A stretch of DNA of 64,000 nt. It comes from Laetmonice hystrix. Taxonomy: Eukaryota. Under the pieces are notes generated by a model. That model had not been told where the DNA came from. It did not search any database and saw nothing but the letters and a program-made list of their open reading frames with translations. This document shows positions 63,504-64,000 of the stretch, in pieces. Where the stretch lies: the NCBI GenBank assembly GCA_965235115.1, contig OZ249437.1:34038001-34102000 (forward strand), given 5' to 3'. The translations under genes and the position numbers were made by a program. Each line of letters opens with the position of its first letter. Positions within the stretch are counted from its first letter, which is position 1.

Positions 63504-64000
63504 TCTGTCTCAGATTAATAGTACGTTTCTATCGACTCTAGCTGCTAAGGGATTCTGGTAGACAGGTGTTAAACTGTACTTATTTACTTCTTGTGATTTC
63601 TACACCCTGTCCCTTTTGTCTGTCACACATAGATGAATAAATAACACTACACATATACGTGCATCCACCCACCCATACATGCGTACATCTATATAGGCAT
63701 ACACGATACATGCATGCAGAACCCACGAACGAACGAACGTATAGTTTTTTAGGCCCCACTACGTAAGGGCATTGTCCATTAAAGCGATTTTGCATGCGAG
63801 ACCCTTACGATTTTTGCCTCATTGTATTAATTCTATTCCGATTTCGAGTTGAAAGGTTGAAACCCAGTTTTATAATTTAGGTGTGAAAAACAAGCAAATA
63901 CTACAGCGTGAATCCCTCTCCATAAATCCCGAACCGCACGGGCCGCCAATGTCACCGATGGACAAGGCCCTTTACGTTATCATGCACACATACATCAAAT

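Overview
AT-rich, intron- and repeat-rich eukaryotic (animal) genomic DNA. It is probably an invertebrate, possibly an echinoderm or related deuterostome; this is inferred from gene content, a Deu-like SINE core and repeat style and is not proven. Two complete, spliced, plus-strand protein genes can be rebuilt by hand, all introns GT-AG and reading frames consistent: (1) BSDC1 (BSD-domain protein 1), 8 coding exons, 8766-16209, 437 aa; (2) a CD38/BST1-family ADP-ribosyl cyclase, 8 coding exons, 23049-62157, 308 aa, with signal peptide, 10 conserved cysteines, catalytic Glu, a predicted GPI signal and a 33.3-kb first intron. The rest is non-autonomous DNA transposons (TIR pairs visible), a decayed SINE, five minisatellites and simple repeats. 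Most notable: a BST1/CD157-like active site in the cyclase, a 43-bp intronic VNTR whose every unit carries branch-point, AG and 5'-splice-site motifs, and a 60-bp minisatellite made from Tc1/mariner transposase coding sequence at an inversion junction. No rRNA, intact tRNA or CRISPR array was seen. Most ORFs in the supplied track are spurious.
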